Source of the DNA: Squalus acanthias
Lineage: Eukaryota
Reading direction: 5' to 3'
Assembly (NCBI GenBank): GCA_030390025.1
Contig: CM059453.1
Span: 5,952,001 to 6,016,000 of the forward strand
DNA length: 64,000 bases
Both the position numbers and the translations under genes were made by a program. A model generated the notes under the pieces. The model was not told the origin of the DNA and did no database searches. It worked only from the letters and a program-made list of their open reading frames with translations. Positions 63,719 to 64,000 of this stretch are shown here, in pieces. The first letter of the stretch is position 1; every line of letters begins with the position of its first letter.

Positions 63719-64000
63719 GTACATGTTTACTCTATGTGTAATTTAATTCTAAGGGAGTTGATCCATCACTGGTCAGTCACTAACTGAACGGTGTTAGTGT
63801 CAGCAAATACCAGCTCCATTCAGCGGGTCCATACTGAATCTATCTCGAATTAGTGTAAGGACCTACTTTCATCATTGGTCAATCACCAACTGAAAGGTGC
63901 GGTCGGCATTATCCATTTTAACTTTCAGTCTTCTGAAACTTGCTCGGTTTACATTTTCATGATAAGATGAATTATGTGAGCACCAGAAGTAGCTAGTGAT

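Overview
Vertebrate genomic DNA, most likely from a cartilaginous fish (shark). This is inferred from the dense CR1 LINEs, DeuSINE/HE1-type SINEs, Penelope elements and GPR139-like GPCRs. Host genes, with exons assembled by eye from splice sites and phase: (1) the 3' part of a + strand Ig-superfamily receptor with a C2 domain, TM exon, cytoplasmic micro-exons and an ITIM-bearing last exon (166-14756); (2) two head-to-head, two-exon GPR139-like GPCRs (- 16087-21772; + 30004-34570); (3) a Siglec/CD22/MAG-like gene (+ 56200 to past the window end) lacking the essential sialic-acid-binding Arg, preceded by a pseudogenised leader+V duplicate. Notable mobile DNA: a truncated foamy-virus-like endogenous retrovirus (long LTR, tRNA-Lys PBS, palindromic leader, Gag N-terminus) in an intron of gene 1; a ~1.15 kb Penelope fold-back palindrome with hammerhead-ribozyme motifs; and a 6.4 kb composite in which an intact, TIR-less PIF/Harbinger transposase + Myb/SANT cassette sits inside a CR1, bracketed by two inverted CR1 tails that each carry the same Harbinger MITE, with a solo LTR in the left arm. 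There is one assembly gap (10569-10893). All family assignments come from motif recognition by eye, not database searches.
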